This document shows, piece by piece, positions 62,031-64,000 of a DNA stretch of 64,000 nt. A program made the translations under genes and the position numbers. The stretch spans positions 372,001 to 436,000 of the forward strand of contig OX337240.1 in assembly GCA_946965045.2 (NCBI GenBank), written 5' to 3'. A model generated the notes under the pieces. That model was not told the DNA's origin and searched no databases. It saw only the letters and a program-made list of their open reading frames with translations. How positions within the stretch are numbered: the stretch's first letter is position 1; each line of letters starts with the position of its first letter. This stretch comes from Epithemia pelagica (lineage: Eukaryota > Protista > Bacillariophyta).

Positions 62031-63815
62031 GTCTTGTCACCGACAAGAATCCCAAAAGTCTCTAGGAAGGAATCGATCGAGACGGCATCTCAACACATTG
62101 TGTCGCTTGTTCTTGTATGGAAGCCACATGAAAGGGCCGGTTCGTGACTCCTCATCTTGGATCATAACACATACAGCACGATCCTTTCTCTCGCAAAACA
62201 CAAGTGTGTGGACCCTCCCTCTAGTAAGAAGCGCGCGACATCCAGAGCAGTACTTCACGCCAAAGTCTCACCTGCTCCTCTTGAACCGTTGGATCCATTC
62301 TTTTCATGTTGTGATCTTTGGCGGTTGCACCAGAGCAACAGCACAAGTCGTTGGAAGTCATTCCACTACGAGAGCCCCATACTATACGAGGTCCTTGACT
62401 CGATCATCCGTATCATCATGTCGGAAGCATGGTGGCATCGGGCCTGGAAGTGGTGGACCAAGGGATCCGGTGCCCCTGACACCACAACCGAACCGGATCC
62501 AAACCAGGACCTGCACCAGCCACCACCATCCGTGGCTGCTGCTTCGTTGTCGTCTTGTGCTTCTCAATCACACCCATCGAAACGACGACGACGAACTCCG
62601 CAAGAACCACCCACGGACGGTACCGAGCCGCCACACAACGAGCCAGGATGCTGGTCCCCGCACCAACCACCAGGACCCCAAGATCCGGAAGGACAGTGCA
62701 CTCACGACGACGACAACAACAACCAGGCGGATCGGAATCACGTCTGGTTTCAGAGCCTTGATCGAGAAGCTCCGACTATCCAAAAAGATTCGTATCATGA
62801 TTCGGCGAGGAATCATCATCCCACTCGAGGAGGAGTGGCCCGGTTGGTCTCTCCCTCCTCCCATCCAGAAGAGGACGAGGATGGTGCTGGGAGTACGAGA
62901 GTCGAGAAGCCTGCCGCATCATCCACCCATGGCAACAAGCAGAAGAAGAGGGAAAAGCAGATGGTGCAGCGCCGGAAACGCATCGCCACTGCCAAGCAGC
63001 AAACGGCCACCAAGAAGAGAAAGAGCAAGCGCCGCATCCTGGAAGATACCTCCTCCTCCTCCGAAGACGACGACGACGATGGTCCAAGAAGAACGAACCG
63101 GCCTCCTCGCAAAAAGCAGTGCCGTTCATCGTCCCACGAAAAAAGCATCAAAAAGAAGAAGGACCCAGAAACGCCGAAACCATCCAGTCCTCACAAGGCC
63201 ACCCGAACCAGAACTACCGCACAAAAATGCAAAGAAGACGACGATGATGACGACGACGAAGACATCACCTCAGCCACTCGTCGATCGAGCCTCCGGTTGC
63301 AACGCATGTTTGATGCACGGCGTCGTTACGCACGGCGACAGGGAACCCTTGCTCCTGCCAAACCCAAGACCGACTCCATTTCCCGCTCGGAACCACACGG
63401 CACGATCAGCGGCAGCCCACGAGCCACTCGGAACCATCGAACCAAGGAATCGAACCATGACGACGACAAGATGGCGTTGCCCCCGAACCTGTCCTTGCAA
63501 CAGCCGTTGCGCAAGAATACGAGTACGTGTCAACCTTGGAGCACTATAAGTTTGGCGTTTGCACAAATACGTTTTCTGACCCCTCGTTGTGTGATTGTTG
63601 ATTGTGTTGCGACCAGATGCGCAACGGCTCGGTCGTTGCTATTATCGGAGCTTGGTGTGGTCGGGGACCGAGTTTTCGGTGGGTTCCGTTGTCCTTTGGA
63701 AGACTTCCCCCCAGAAAGACCACAGGAGTCCGTGTTGGACCGTATTGATTACCGGCATTTTTCAAGCGACACTCTCGGTGCGGGGAGTTGCCTACCACCA
63801 CTCGGAGGACAATGA
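62031..63815 (+). CDS. Unknown gene X, longest copy (conserved N-terminal block plus basic/acidic disordered tail); in-frame TGA at 62145-47 suggests it may also be defective
   Basis: 552-codon ORF in the frame conserved among the three copies. An acceptor-like (ct)n..ttcacag lies at ~62030. Confidence 0.45.
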
Positions 63816-64000
63816 CGACGAGGGTGATTCACCTCAAAGGAAACGTTTGCAACAAAAAGGCCGCGTCTATGCCTTGGTTCGTCAGGTGCGCTTTCGACAG
63901 GTACGCGATGGCATTCGAGCCTACAGCTTGCACCGAGCCGATGGAAGCGATTGCTTGGTGCCCTTTCCCAAGAAGCAGCAGCAGCAATGCCCGTTGGATC

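Overview
Eukaryotic genomic DNA with short GT-AG introns; the gene families suggest a pennate diatom or other stramenopile (inference). Left half: a cluster of four paralogous two-intron 7TM GPCR-like genes mixed with secreted alpha/beta-hydrolase genes. A near-identical ~5.9 kb block (1-5899 = 23955-29852) flanks a Helitron Rep-helicase (1886 aa) and upstream cargo-like genes (a divergent ubiquitin-like pair, a PP2C 5' fragment). Right half: SNase and FAM13-like genes, then a ~2500 aa RecQ-helicase/RdRP fusion gene split by a 4,979 bp Crypton-like tyrosine-recombinase (YR) element. The element is bounded by a 5-bp ACTAC direct repeat, and removing it restores the RdRP frame exactly. Its end carries a ~200 nt rod-shaped hairpin with periodic GAGGA/GACGA internal loops. 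A diverged copy of the rod with compensatory base changes starts a ~0.9 kb non-autonomous relative at 37.6 kb, also preceded by GTAGT. The window ends with a tandem array of GT10 fucosyltransferases alternating with a decayed unknown gene. Splice models, protein lengths and domain calls were derived by hand from motifs; no database search was run.
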